DNA of 64,000 bases from Marsupella aquatica (lineage: Eukaryota > Plantae > Marchantiophyta): positions 5,009,079 through 5,073,078 of the forward strand of contig OZ316898.1 in the NCBI GenBank assembly GCA_973895155.1, read 5' to 3'. The position numbers and the translations under genes were made by a program. Of the stretch, positions 11,644 through 23,523 are shown in pieces. The notes beneath the pieces were generated by a model, which worked only from the letters and a program-made list of their open reading frames with translations, ran no database searches and was not told the DNA's origin. The first letter of the stretch is position 1, and each line of letters starts with the position of its first letter.

Positions 11644-12879
11644 TTCATGTGTGTTGCACAAGTTGCTATCAACAGCTTCAAGGAATTTTGTGGCCCTCCA
11701 CAACACTTTCTTGCATAAGACAATAGAGGCTTGCTTCACGCACCCCACCCAAGAGCCCACCAAACAGCACCAATGGCAGCCTACTGCGCCTCAACAGGTA
11801 CAGATGCTCTTACACATTCAAGGTCACAGTAGCCAGTGCAACTAAGTTTTTCCTTTTGTTTTTTTTGTGTCCATAGGCATGAAGGTGCATGCCCTGGATA
11901 TTGGGGCCTAAAACCCTGGTGGATATCTAGATTGAGAGCACACCGAAAGTTTGAGTGTGCCACTAACACTAAAAATCTTTACCAGGTGCATTGCTTGGGA
12001 AAATGCTGTTTTACCACAACAAGGCCAATAAACTGGGCTTTGCACAAGGATGACCCGTAAGTTACATTCATTTGATATTCATTCACTGTCTATGACTGGG
12101 AGCTAGGATGCTTCCCATCATCTAAACAATCAACTAAGGCAGCAATTGATCAGCCACATTGGGTCGAGTAGAGAACTTTTGCATTTTTATAAACCAAAAC
12201 CACTCCTTGATGCTTCGCTGAGGTTGGAATTCTGGATTGAGCAGCATTATTGTAACACAGGAGTCTTTAGTAAAAAGCCTCAAGGCTGGAATACAGAGTA
12301 TAAGAATATCTACAATATTGAGTATAATAGCCTCTGTGAGGATGCTACATAGGATGAGAGTGTGCATAAGTGCATACACTTGCCTACGGTAGACAACCTA
12401 AAGACAAGCAGGGTCAAGAAGCCTTGATTGTGTCCATCCAATTCTCCAGAATCAACATTTGTGTCTCAGGAGGTGTTTCTTTAACTTGAAATAATTATGG
12501 AGTAAAAAAAGTACTTGCAGTGCACTGAAGGTATTTCCAAGTCACGTATTTCCAAGTCACCTGAGATGGACGAGAGTGGAGACCAAATTGTTATAATTTT
12601 TTTCAACAGGAGTTGCAGGTTGAGCTGTCCCTTCTGTGCCAACAAATGGATAGTGCTTGTAAATAGTGTGTGCTCTATTTGGCATTCTTGAAAATAGAGG
12701 TTAGAGTCACTAGTATTGAATGAGATCAAATGGCCTACAGAACAAACTAAATAGTCAATGTTTCTCAAGCACTCCTTTGTGTTCTCCAGATGTAATACCC
12801 TCAGGCATTTATATCTGGAAAGCACTAGTATGAATGCTTTACAATACACATATTGCACAATATCTATTAATAAGAGATG

Positions 12880-13510
12880 TTATATTTGCATTTATTCTTC
12901 ATTATTTTGATTCACATCTGATTCTCTTTCCCTGATTTCTTACTTCGAATCCCCTGATTTTGTTTACCGTATATGTCTGTGTACTGTTATGACACTACGA
13001 TTCTCATGTCTCAACCCTTGAGGTGCAAATGCTGAGCAATAGAAGAATACCGTCCCCACAATTTGGGTACTGCAGTTAGCCTTTGCTCAAAAGCAAATTT
13101 CCTCTTGAACACAATAAAACAGGGGGTGGCATCCAGAATACTGCTATAAACACACAAAATTCCAAAACAATTATTTAGTGTGCAATTTTAGCATGCACTA
13201 TGGTATTAGGGGGTAGCACTATACATTGCCATCAAGTCTTAGAAAAGAAACCCAGCTTCATCTTACTTGTCAACGAGGTGCTAAACATTATCTAGTTGAG
13301 TGAAGACAACCAACCTACCAGGCCATTGCCACCAGGCTGCCCTTCTATTCAATTCTCCATGAGACTGTGACTAATGTCAATGCTACTCTACAACAAACCC
13401 AGAATATGAAGCCTGGCAAACATGTTGACAAAGCTCCAAGCCAAGTATGCAGAGGCTTCTGTGGGCCACCCACCCAACACCAACTGACTTTATGCAAACT
13501 AGATTAAGCG
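12880..13510. repeat. Dispersed repeat, homologous to about 26480-27400
   Basis: Shared blocks include ATTCTCATG..CAACCC.TGAGGTG, CTCTTGAACACAATAAAAC, GTGCAATTT.AGCATGCACTAT, CAAGTCTTAGAAAA, GGCCATTGCCAC.AGGCTGCCCT and CAAGCCA.GTATG.AGAGGCTTCT. Confidence 0.8.
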
Positions 13511-14213
13511 TAAATTGTCCAAGTATTATCTGCCATTGTAGGACTGGTGATAGGAAGAGCACCCAACAGTATGTTACAGGAGTTGCTGGGTCTGGGCTCA
13601 AAAGCATAGTTAGAGGCTGTTTGCACAGAAGAACAGACACCTGCAGGGGTAGGGAGGAAGCTAATAATACAAAGGATAATAAGTGCAAGTGTACAAGGCG
13701 GACCCATAACCTCAAGAATGGGAACATCAGCGCTACTAGTACCTTAGATTGGGAGGATCACACTCCCAGACTTGGTTCTAGTCCTAGCTACTGGATCCAG
13801 AGGAGGCTGGTGCCTAGATGACTGACTCTGACTCATTCCCAGGCCAAGGCCCTTGGTTCAAATCTGCCCCCAGGTTCAAGCCTGGCCTGCTGCTGTCCAC
13901 TGAGGCATTTTGCAAGGAACTGCTGGGTGTAGACCATCTAAGCCCTAAGATAAAACGTCCCAATTCAAGTCGAGAAATGCGAGTACTCAAGGAGCAAAGT
14001 ATGGGCTTAATATATGGAGCAAGGAATATTAATTGAAACTGAACGTTTGGCACGATGGAGACTCGAGAATGAGAGCCAACTCGAATTCAACGGCGCTCCA
14101 TCGCCCTTCCAAAAACGAAAACAAAGAGGAAAAGAAGGAGAATGAGAGCCAAGCCTGCAAGCTGGGAAGTCCTTCGTGATTTCACAGCTCCCAGGCTCAA
14201 ATCTGGCCCAGGT

Positions 14214-17200
14214 TCAAACCTGGCCTGATGCTGTCCATTTGAGGCGTTTCGCAGGAGTTTCGCAAGGAACTGCCGGGAGTAGAGCATTATTAAGAATGGG
14301 GCTGTTTCGAGCCGAGGCGATGCCTTCACCACGCCTACTTCTCCGGTAACACTTTCCTCCTGTAGCTCTATAATTGCCGAAATCCACATCATCACTTTCC
14401 CATTCTGCACAATCAGTCTCTATCCAGCCCAATGTTCGCAGTTCCGAATCACCTAGGAATGGACACTTATCAACACGTAGCAGAATCCTCTCCGCGGAAG
14501 CTTTGTGGGAGGACCGCCCCGGTTCTGTTTTCCTTGTCTCGATACTTCTGTCTTCCTGAGGCGCAAGGTCCTCTCCCCAACTATCTGGTACATTCTTCAA
14601 TCTCTCGCAATCCTTAAGTATCACTCGTCTCAGAGAGGAAATACGTCCTAAGCCGTGCGGAAGGGTCTCTATCCTGGTCCAACATCGAAGCCACAGAATT
14701 TCTAGAGATGATAGGTTCCCAACTTCTTCCGGTATATTGCTTAGGCTGCTCCCGGCAATCCTCAGTGTTCTCAGTGAGTGAAGCAGCCCTATGCTCTTCG
14801 GGAGGGCTTCCAGGCGTTTGGCATCCCATATGAATAATGTTTGAAGCGCCTTGAGTTCTCCGAAGTTTTCAGGCAGTGTATCGAGCTGCTTCAACATTTT
14901 CAGCTGAAGTTCTTCCAAAGACGAGAGCATACCAAAACTCGGAGGCAGACTTTCAAGGCGCGGAAGGTCCTCAAGACGCAGATATTTGAGTGACGATAAA
15001 CTCCCAAACGAATCGGCCAACTCCCCCTGTCCACAATTGTCATGAAGCGATTCTGAAAGCTGTAGAAACTCGAGCATTCCGCAACTATACATAGAGAACT
15101 TCGTCAGAGATGTGAGGCGCCCAAAGGATTCCGGCAGACTTCTTAGCAGGTTACAGTGCATAATGGATAATGTCGCCAGGGAAGAGAGATTCCCCAAAGA
15201 TTCCGGCAACTCCTTGACGTTGAGGCCCCAAAATTCCAAATGTTTCAGGGTCCGGAGGTGACCAATCGACTGCGGCAATTCCATTATTTTCAGGTCCGAT
15301 AGTACCAAGCTATTCAACTTGGATAGATCACCCAAATTCTCTGGGAGACGGGAAACTCCTTTGATACCGTCAAGCGATAAAATCCGCAATTTGGTTAACG
15401 TCCCCAACGCGCCGATAAATTCCTCCGGGACTGTGCACCATGCGAGTTTTAGGACAGCTAAATTTTTCATTCCCCGGAGACTAAACGGCGCGAAACTTTC
15501 GTCACGCAAATCAATTGGGAACCTCCACATCAGTACGGAGAGCTTCTTTGGAAACTTCGTGCTGGACCCTTCAGGCGAAACACTTTGCAGATCCAAATAT
15601 TTCAATTCTTCCAGCTTATCCAGAATTTTTAACTCAAGCGTCGTCGGCTCATCAGGACCATAGCCCCTCTGTCCTATCCGCAAGTGTTTTGTCTCGGGTT
15701 TCACCTGATGACATGTGAATCACAGATAAGCATTTTCCGACAAGTACAACTACTGAGAGGGAAAACGGAGGAGACGCGAGTTTCTCATGCAACTGGATTC
15801 TGCGCCATAGGTAAGTATGAATACCACAACTGGAAATATAATGCAGCCGACTGTAATCTACAATTCATTTCTTTCAATTGCTCATTAGGAAACCCCGCTT
15901 AATTTTGCCACAAAGTCTCTGGTTCGTACTTACAGCATTGAGAATATCCATTCTGACACCGCGTTCACTGGACAACGATATCGATACTGTCCACCCCTTC
16001 GAGAGACATTTGGCCAGATCACGCAGGTGCTCGTGCACCCATATCTCCCTCTGGTCGACATCCATTTCTTCGACTCTACTACAGGCGATTTCCTTCACCA
16101 TAGATGTACTCAGCAAGCTCGCCCAGGCTAAATGTGAATTTCCATAAGCAGTGCTCCAAGCTGCGAGGGCTTGGTCTACACGTTGCCCAAAGAAATACGT
16201 CCCGGCTTCAATGAACATGCCTTGTAGGTCACTATCAAGGCCATCATAGCTCACTTTCAAGGAAGACCACACTTCGTCATCCCGACGCCCATACACAGAT
16301 TCCGCATTTCCAAGCTTCTCTATTGTGTCCTCCCACACCTCAGCGTTAGTCTGGTGACGTCTGAGACAGCACCCCGTTACTTCCAACGTCAGTGGTAGCC
16401 CGCCGCATTTCCTTACCACTCCATCCACATTCTTTTTCAAGCGATGATTTTCTTGTATGAGATGGTCTGGAATTTTGTCTTCCCCAAATGCATGTCGGCA
16501 GAAGAGCTGCTTTGCCTCGTCATAGATGAGAAAATCAACGTCGTAGATGTCACAGGTCGGAAAAACATCCAAAACGCCTTGATCGCGACTTGTAATGATC
16601 AAACGGCTACCTTCCCCAAAGAAATCCAAATTGCTTAACCGTTTGATTTGTGTATGATGAACATCATCCACGACAAGCAGTGTGTTTGTCTTCTGTAGGT
16701 CAGACCACTGAATCAGATTTGTGTGAACTTTAGTCCCTCGGCGATAGCAATTTTCGAGTAGCTGGTCCTTGAGCTGGTCCTTGTTGCCTTTCACATTCTC
16801 AGCAAAACAAGCAAACTCAAAATTTCTAGAGATGTTGTTGAACACTTCCTTCGCAATTGTTGTTTTCCCGATTCCGCCCATGCCAACAATGCCTACTACT
16901 CGTGCATGTGCCACCTTTACTTCAACCTCGTGAGAACGCTTTTGCAAACCAGTCGGATAGATCGGGAGCTCATGAAGTAGCCCCGCTGCCTGCAAAAGAT
17001 AAAACGGATATATCCGAGTCAAATAATGTCAAATTGAACTAAGGATACTCACTTTATCAGAATAATCGCTAAACCCAAAAAGAGAAGGGTGCGAATGATC
17101 ACATGGATACTAGCACCTGCAAGGACCTCCCAAAATGACTACATCATCGTAGAGAAATATATCAGGATAGCGAGAGTTGTGCCCAGTTTGCATGATTGTA

Positions 17201-19505
17201 ATGTAGGTTGCTGTCATGCTCAACTGCTATGTTCTGCTCGGCAATTTTATTTGTCAATCTTCATCGATACTGTCGGGTCTCACTTTTTGTCAAGACGATT
17301 GACCATGTATTCAGACCTTATACCCAGGCCAAACAGGCGTACATGATAGTCTATAGAATGACAGCTACCGCAGAGAGTGGGACAGTGTTTTTCTCTCTTC
17401 GTTCTTGTCTGCTGCTGCGCTTTAGGGATGATTCGAAGGACCCATCTCCTCTCTCAATCAAATCAACCTTACGAGGCGATCTATTTGAGAATTCTTGCTC
17501 CCTATAGTACTCATTGTCTGACCCTTTGAGACCGAAGTCATTGCTGATGGTAGTACCGATTACAGATTATAAGCAATGGTATCGCAAGGACTGTATCCTA
17601 ACTGTATCCAGTCTTCTGTGCAATACCGGAAAGTTCCACGGATAAACTCAGGCAACAAGGTTTCATTGCACACTCAACTGATATTCTTCACGTGAAAACT
17701 ACAACACAATCCATCCGCAAGAAGTGCCCTGGTAGAATTCGGTGGATACACAGGTGTCCTTGGAAGTAGTTTGCAACACCGCCTCCAAAGCTTCGGTTAC
17801 AGTGTGCACAAAAGGTGGCTGATAACGATTTAAAAGGAGCTAACCAAATGCCATCACAGTCGGAACAAAGAAAGTACGTTCGCGGTGCTTGCAATGCTAT
17901 GGAGGAAAGGTGTAGGCGCATTGTTAAATTGGAGGGACAACGATCGTACATTCCGAATGCTACTAAAAATGCTGCGAACGAGTTTCTCGAGCTGATAGTA
18001 GCCACTTGACGTTTTATCTTCTGGCTTGCAAATTTCAAAATGGTCTGCATCCCTGACAGTGAAAGACTGCCCTCCTCTTGCAGATGCCTCCTCGACTACC
18101 ACCAGACCTTTGAACCGACCCTGCACACCCAGGAAAAGCAGCATTATATCCCTAAGTTACATCATTCTTATGCTTTGCAAAAAACATTCCTTGACAAGAG
18201 GTTTGCCAAGATTTGTACAATAAACCCTCCTAAGCAAATATATGGAACAGCCAATTTTGCTTCTATCTGAACACGGTTGACGAGTCTACTACACACATCT
18301 ACGAGATGCATGCCCAGCTAGAACATCCACGATTGGGGAAGCCATTCCGCCGGCCAAGCAATGAACACAAAGCGGGGAGTCAATTCATCTTAGAATATTG
18401 CGGATATAATAAGCATTTGCAAAACTTTTGACCCACGCTGCCACACACTTTAAGAATACACAATATCCGAATACAGTGTCAAGATCAAATTGGTCGTCAT
18501 TGGGATGACGTTCACCTAATTTACTCATTCTACGCAAAAAACAACTGGTCAGCAGAAACACAGCTGGCTTTGAAACTATATGTACCGATTGAACAGGGCG
18601 ACCAGCTCCAATTGCGTGGATTTGCCATCCATATAATTTGCACAAAGGATCGAACTCGTAATTAAGCCGTGCTCCTTCTTTGCTCAAAACTCGAAAGTAT
18701 GACCACAAAGGGTGTCCCTTATCTCCAAATTTCTCGAAAATGCCACTCCCGTTATGAGGAGTGCTGTAATAGAATATTCCTTTGACATTGTCAAGAAACA
18801 TTTTTGTCGTCGGATTGGTCAGCTGTTTATGAGCTTGTAAACAGAGCTGTTTGATAACCATACCACCAAAGCAATGGCCAACCAGTATCACTGGACAGTT
18901 CCAATGTTGACCAACACCCGCTTGAATTAGGTCGGATATCAAATTTTCGCCAGTAATGTACATGTCCAAACTTGCCTTCAAGTGGGATCGCCTTTTTACG
19001 AATCCATCACAAGAAATATACAGGATCTCGGCAGTAGGAAAATCTTCAAGCAACCACTCGTCAGGCCAACTGACAGACCTGTCTCTACTTTCCCAATTGC
19101 GGAAATGAGGATCCGATGAATCATCAAATTGAAGTCCATGAAAAAATAAAATTTGCAGAGTAGGAGTGCCAGGCGGCCTGTCGAATTTGTAGACCGACTC
19201 ATTCACCTAAGAAAAGCAATTAGCAACATCAGTATGTGCAGTTAGATATCCACCAAAATAGTCTCTGTATCCCGGCAGAGAGTTTGTTGTCAACCAGTCA
19301 CGAAAATAATAGTGATTTAATACAAATCTTACGGTCAAGGTCGCTCATAGTAGAAAATGTTACTGCAGGTGGTCTACCACGCGAACGCAAGCGACATCAC
19401 ACAATTGGGAATCTGGTAGTCTGGTCTGGGGACTACCTTACGAAGACTTTGAGACCCGACTGGAGCGTCTGAAGAGGATGGAGAACCAAGATGTAAGGTC
19501 GTCAT
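14214..19505 (-). CDS. Alpha/beta-hydrolase-NB-ARC-LRR (HNL-type NLR) immune receptor, copy 1, about 1135 aa
   Basis: Five phase-0 exons with GT/AG borders: 19505-19437, 19206-18586, 18120-17950, 16989-15934, 15704-14214. Hydrolase motifs are FFHGL, GHCFGG, STPHNGS and DHFEICKP. NB-ARC motifs are P-loop GMGGIGKTT, Walker B LLVVDDV, GSRLIITSRD, GLPL and VHEHLRDL. The last exon is a plant-type LRR array. Confidence 0.92.
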
Positions 19506-22500
19506 TTTGTTTTGCTTGAGATTTAAAAGGACCGTGAAGTATCTCGTAGGTCCAAGGGAGTCAAAAGGAAGCTCGGATGTCGATGTCTCCGAGGAAGAGA
19601 GAAATGAACGGAGCTCACTAAATAAAACCTGCGACTTTTGAACAATTCACGGACTCGTCAGCATTGCCGTGTCAAGAAAGGCACGGCAGTCAAACAAAGC
19701 TGTGCTTGGGATACATTCTTTAAAGCACAAGGCTTTGTTCTGAAGAGTCACACAGCGAAGAAATTCACAGAAGTAATCCTAGTAGCATTATGCTCGTCAA
19801 TTCCAATCAGTGCTTGTAGACTCTCACTGATCCTAGATCATCAACCGTGACGGAGCCCTGAAAGATTGATTGATATGCTCTAATAGTAAGGGTCTAAAAT
19901 GGTCCCGGTTCTACTAGTGACAGGCCGTAAGAGTCGCCAAAAGTAAACAAACAGGAAGCCGGCTCAGCAGGACATTCAAATAGAGTATGACTTGGACCTA
20001 ACCCTTTAACTTCGGAATACATGAGAAACGCCTATATTGAATCCCGTAGTGCTTAAGAAGATTCTATACATGAGCGACCTTTGCAGCATTATGCTTCAAT
20101 TGCTTCAAGTTGGAGGCCTCTGAAGTACATACCTTTTGGGAAGGACGGAGCCATCAGCTAGAGGATCCAAGTAGCGGATACCGACGTCAACGTAAGCATC
20201 CGGCCACTTGGGGCTTTAGTAGATTGATTCATCACGGCCGCCCTTGGTGCTTGACTGCGACTGTGCAGCAGTCAAATAAAGTCAAACTGTTACCTGAAGG
20301 GTTTTTTAAACGCCAATTCAGATATTGGTGACTAATGGGAACGGAAAATGAAGAAACTCATTGACCAACAGATCCGTCCTCCCCTGGAAGCCAGGGACAA
20401 CTGAAATGCATTTGACTACCAATCACCTAACCAGTTGTTGCTAGACTTCACTCCCCTCCTCTCCTGATGACTGATAACTAAGAGAAAACAGCGCTGTGAT
20501 GGGGACCAAGTAAAATGTAGCTGGCTTAAGGAAATCGTGCATTAACGAAATCATGTCATTCACGATGTAGGCTCGACAGCAGATGTGCAAACATCGATGT
20601 GCGGCTCAGTGGTAATCTCTAAACTCACATAGCATCCACGACACCGGGCCACAACAATGTGCTCGAAGACGGCCAACACGGTAAGTCCATGTCCAGGACG
20701 AGTTTCCGCACCACAATTTATGCCAGAGTGACTAAAGACCAGGTCGGGTCCAACGACTCGTTGGGGGTTCACTCTTCAAAGGAAGAGTTAGCCGAAATGC
20801 TTGGGAACTTGCACACCCAGTCCCGAAAGCTTCACACCGTTCCTGTATGTGCATGACAATCACCTGAAGCAAAACGCATCTGCCATTATTCCCTCCCCGC
20901 GTCCGCCTAGAGCAGCTGAAACCCTGTAGAAGTTCGCAAAAGAAATCAAGCTGCTCTCCTCTCCTCTCAAGCTGACCTTGCTCGAGGAATGCAGAGAAAG
21001 TAAAAGTTAGCCCTCGCTAGCAAAGACGCCCTTCCCATTAAGGAGCTCCTCTACTTCACACCCATGCACGTCGTCCCTCCACTGACGAACTCTGCTCATG
21101 TAACTACAGGGCACAAACTAATATCAGACACTTCAGTGAGCACAAAGCTCCGTCCGACGAAGTGCAGGATGAGAGCCAGCTCAAGTGTGTACTTTACAAA
21201 CTTATTTACCTTTGTATAATATAAGTAGCCAGAGTCTTCTGGGCAACTTCCGTTTGGACAAACTGAGCTCTGCGCACCTCCCAAGGTCCGTCATAACTCG
21301 TCACACCACCCTCATGGCCTGGTACCGAAAACACTGTGAAGGAGCCTTCTGCCAACACGTTGGAAGGCGTTTCTCCACACGCGTTTCTCTCGTGGACCCG
21401 TCCTTCTTCTGTATGCTGTAATATTTTTAAGGAAGTTAACACGTGCTTGATTTCATGCTGTGGGCCGTGCCGTTTAGCATTTTCAATCTTTAAGTCTGGT
21501 GCGGTGACTTAATTTGCTTCTTGAGTTCAGTGGTGTTGAAAAATACCGTCACGATACCCCAAGGAGTCTGCTATATATTCTTTTGAGAAGTAAATCAGGT
21601 TTCGCACGTTCAACCTCAACAGCAGTCCTGCTTGTGCCAAAGCAGATGTGGAGCCAAGTGACTTACAATGTTTTGGAGTTTTCTTCCTTGATAGGTATTA
21701 GTAGTGACAAATGGCATGTGGTCCTCCTAGCGAAGAACGTCCTAGTGGTGTTCTCAAGGCATTACGGCTTTGGATTTTAGTTTGCCTCGTGAACACCTTC
21801 GAATCTACAGCACGTCCCCTAAACATTGATTTTCTTCACAAGCAATTTAACGATTCTAATTGAGCTCTATGAATTCTGTTCAAATGCAAGTAAATTGCTC
21901 AATCACTCTTGTCAAAAGCTACAACATCGAAGCAACTGTATTCGAACACATGCAAAAATCCTTTACAGACATCTGAAAAGGAAACTGCTGCAGCCATTCT
22001 ATAGGATTTGCAGTTTTAATAGGTAGGGCGAGGGTACCACAAACGAGAATGCCGTGTTGAAATGTGTGAGAAGTTTCTGTGTATCATCCTAGGCCAGTGG
22101 GTGAATTCTTGTTTTTCACCATGTTCTACCCTACCATGATCTCTTTTTGCTATATGATAAAATTCAGAGTTCTACCCAGGAAGAAACCTATCCTTTTGGA
22201 ATTTGGTGATCTAGAAAAGCTTTACTAGAATTATACGCTTTGTTTAGTTTATTAACAACAGGGAACTGGATAAGCTTTACTACAAATCATGACATTATTT
22301 TTGAGACTGTCAAATTAGAATTATGAAAAATATGGTAAATGGGTTTGATACAAAAATCCTTGGAAATGGATGAGTAAAAAATCATACAAGGAATAAACAT
22401 GACGTCAGTTTGAGCTACGGTAGTAGTCACTAACTAATCTCACTTATCACGAGCACAACTTGTATATGTATGTATCAATGTTCGATGCATATGTGCAAGT

Positions 22501-22888
22501 TGAGCAAACTCCTCTTTTGGGTTCATAAATAACAAACAATTATAGCGATAGAGATACCTCAGTGTAAACATTGACTTCAGCAACTAGCCTATGGGACCAT
22601 CCATTTAGTGTTTTGCTCACATTGCAACATGCATAAAGTTGGATGGGCTTTGCCGTATTTTCTCGAGAGTTCATCAGTGAAACTACCGGCCTTAATTTTA
22701 TTACTGTCCAAACAACCAGGAGGGGGGAAAGAGCTTTGAATCCTTCTTACAAGACGGTGATGTCGCTCTCTCTCTCGTACAGAGTGAAATTTTGTTCATA
22801 AGATTTATGAAGATTTCATAGAATGGGACGCTTGTGAAAACTACAATCGAGGTTTACGTATCGATTGATTGTTGCGATGTACTGGTAG

Positions 22889-23487
22889 GTACGGTGAAGT
22901 GGTGGATGTGAATCTGGTTAGGGACCGACAAGGCCACCGGTAAGTCGATCTAAGAGGGTTCGTGTTTCTGCCTTGTGAAGAGCAGCGGAGTACCGTTCTT
23001 GCAGTCGGTTAGAGTTCAGTTGCAAACTCGATCATGTGAGCTGGAGATATACGTTTCAAAGAGAACAAAAGTCAATTCAAATTAGCAAGGATAATGTTCA
23101 GAAACCAATTCTAACATCTGGACTTCTGCAGTGTCAACTGATGAATTCCGGTCTCTTATACTTTATGAAGTTCTATTTTGGAGTGAAAGAAGGTGGCAAA
23201 TTTGTGCATGGTGGTAGACGAGCTCATTTTGTGCTGCGACTTTTGGAGAAACTAATCTTGTCATCGGGGATGCTGCTGTATGTCTTGTTTAAGCAGATGA
23301 TCGACTTGAATGTTGCCCGGGTTGTTAGAAGAACAAATCGTGATGATTATGTCACCAATTATGAGAAGGAAGTAGAAGAGGACGAAGAGGACGAACAAAA
23401 GAAGAGGGAGAGAGGGGTGTCTGGTATGCTTTCCAGGGTGAGGAATGCGACCGTGGAGATGCTTGTAAATTTTCTCATGACCCACAT
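22889..23487 (+). pseudogene. Fragment of an RBMX2/Snu17-type RRM + CCCH zinc-finger splicing factor gene (frameshifted, intron retained)
   Basis: Exon 22889-23007 reads YGEVVDVNLVRD-KATGKS-KGFVFLPCEEQRSTVLAV, with small insertions. The exon from 23297 reads LNVARVVRRTNRDDYVTNYEKEVEEDEEDEQKKRE-RG, then after a frameshift VWYAFQGEECDRGDACKFSHDP. This matches the RBMX2/Ist3 RRM and the plant C-terminal CCCH finger. Confidence 0.8.
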
Positions 23488-23523
23488 ATATTCTACTTCT
23501 CTGTGTCTTCTTGTGGAGATATA

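Noticed and set aside
17040-17120. Possible extra small exon in NLR intron 3 (donor-like GTGAG/GTAAG near 17052 in all copies)
   Set aside because: Its length differs between copies, it contains a stop in the phase-0 frame, and exons 3 and 4 already join in frame. It would need RNA evidence.
19333-19348. Alternative start ATG AGC GAC CTT GAC C|GTAAG
   Set aside because: It is phase 1, which is incompatible with the phase-0 acceptor at 19206, and the ATG is absent in copy 3.
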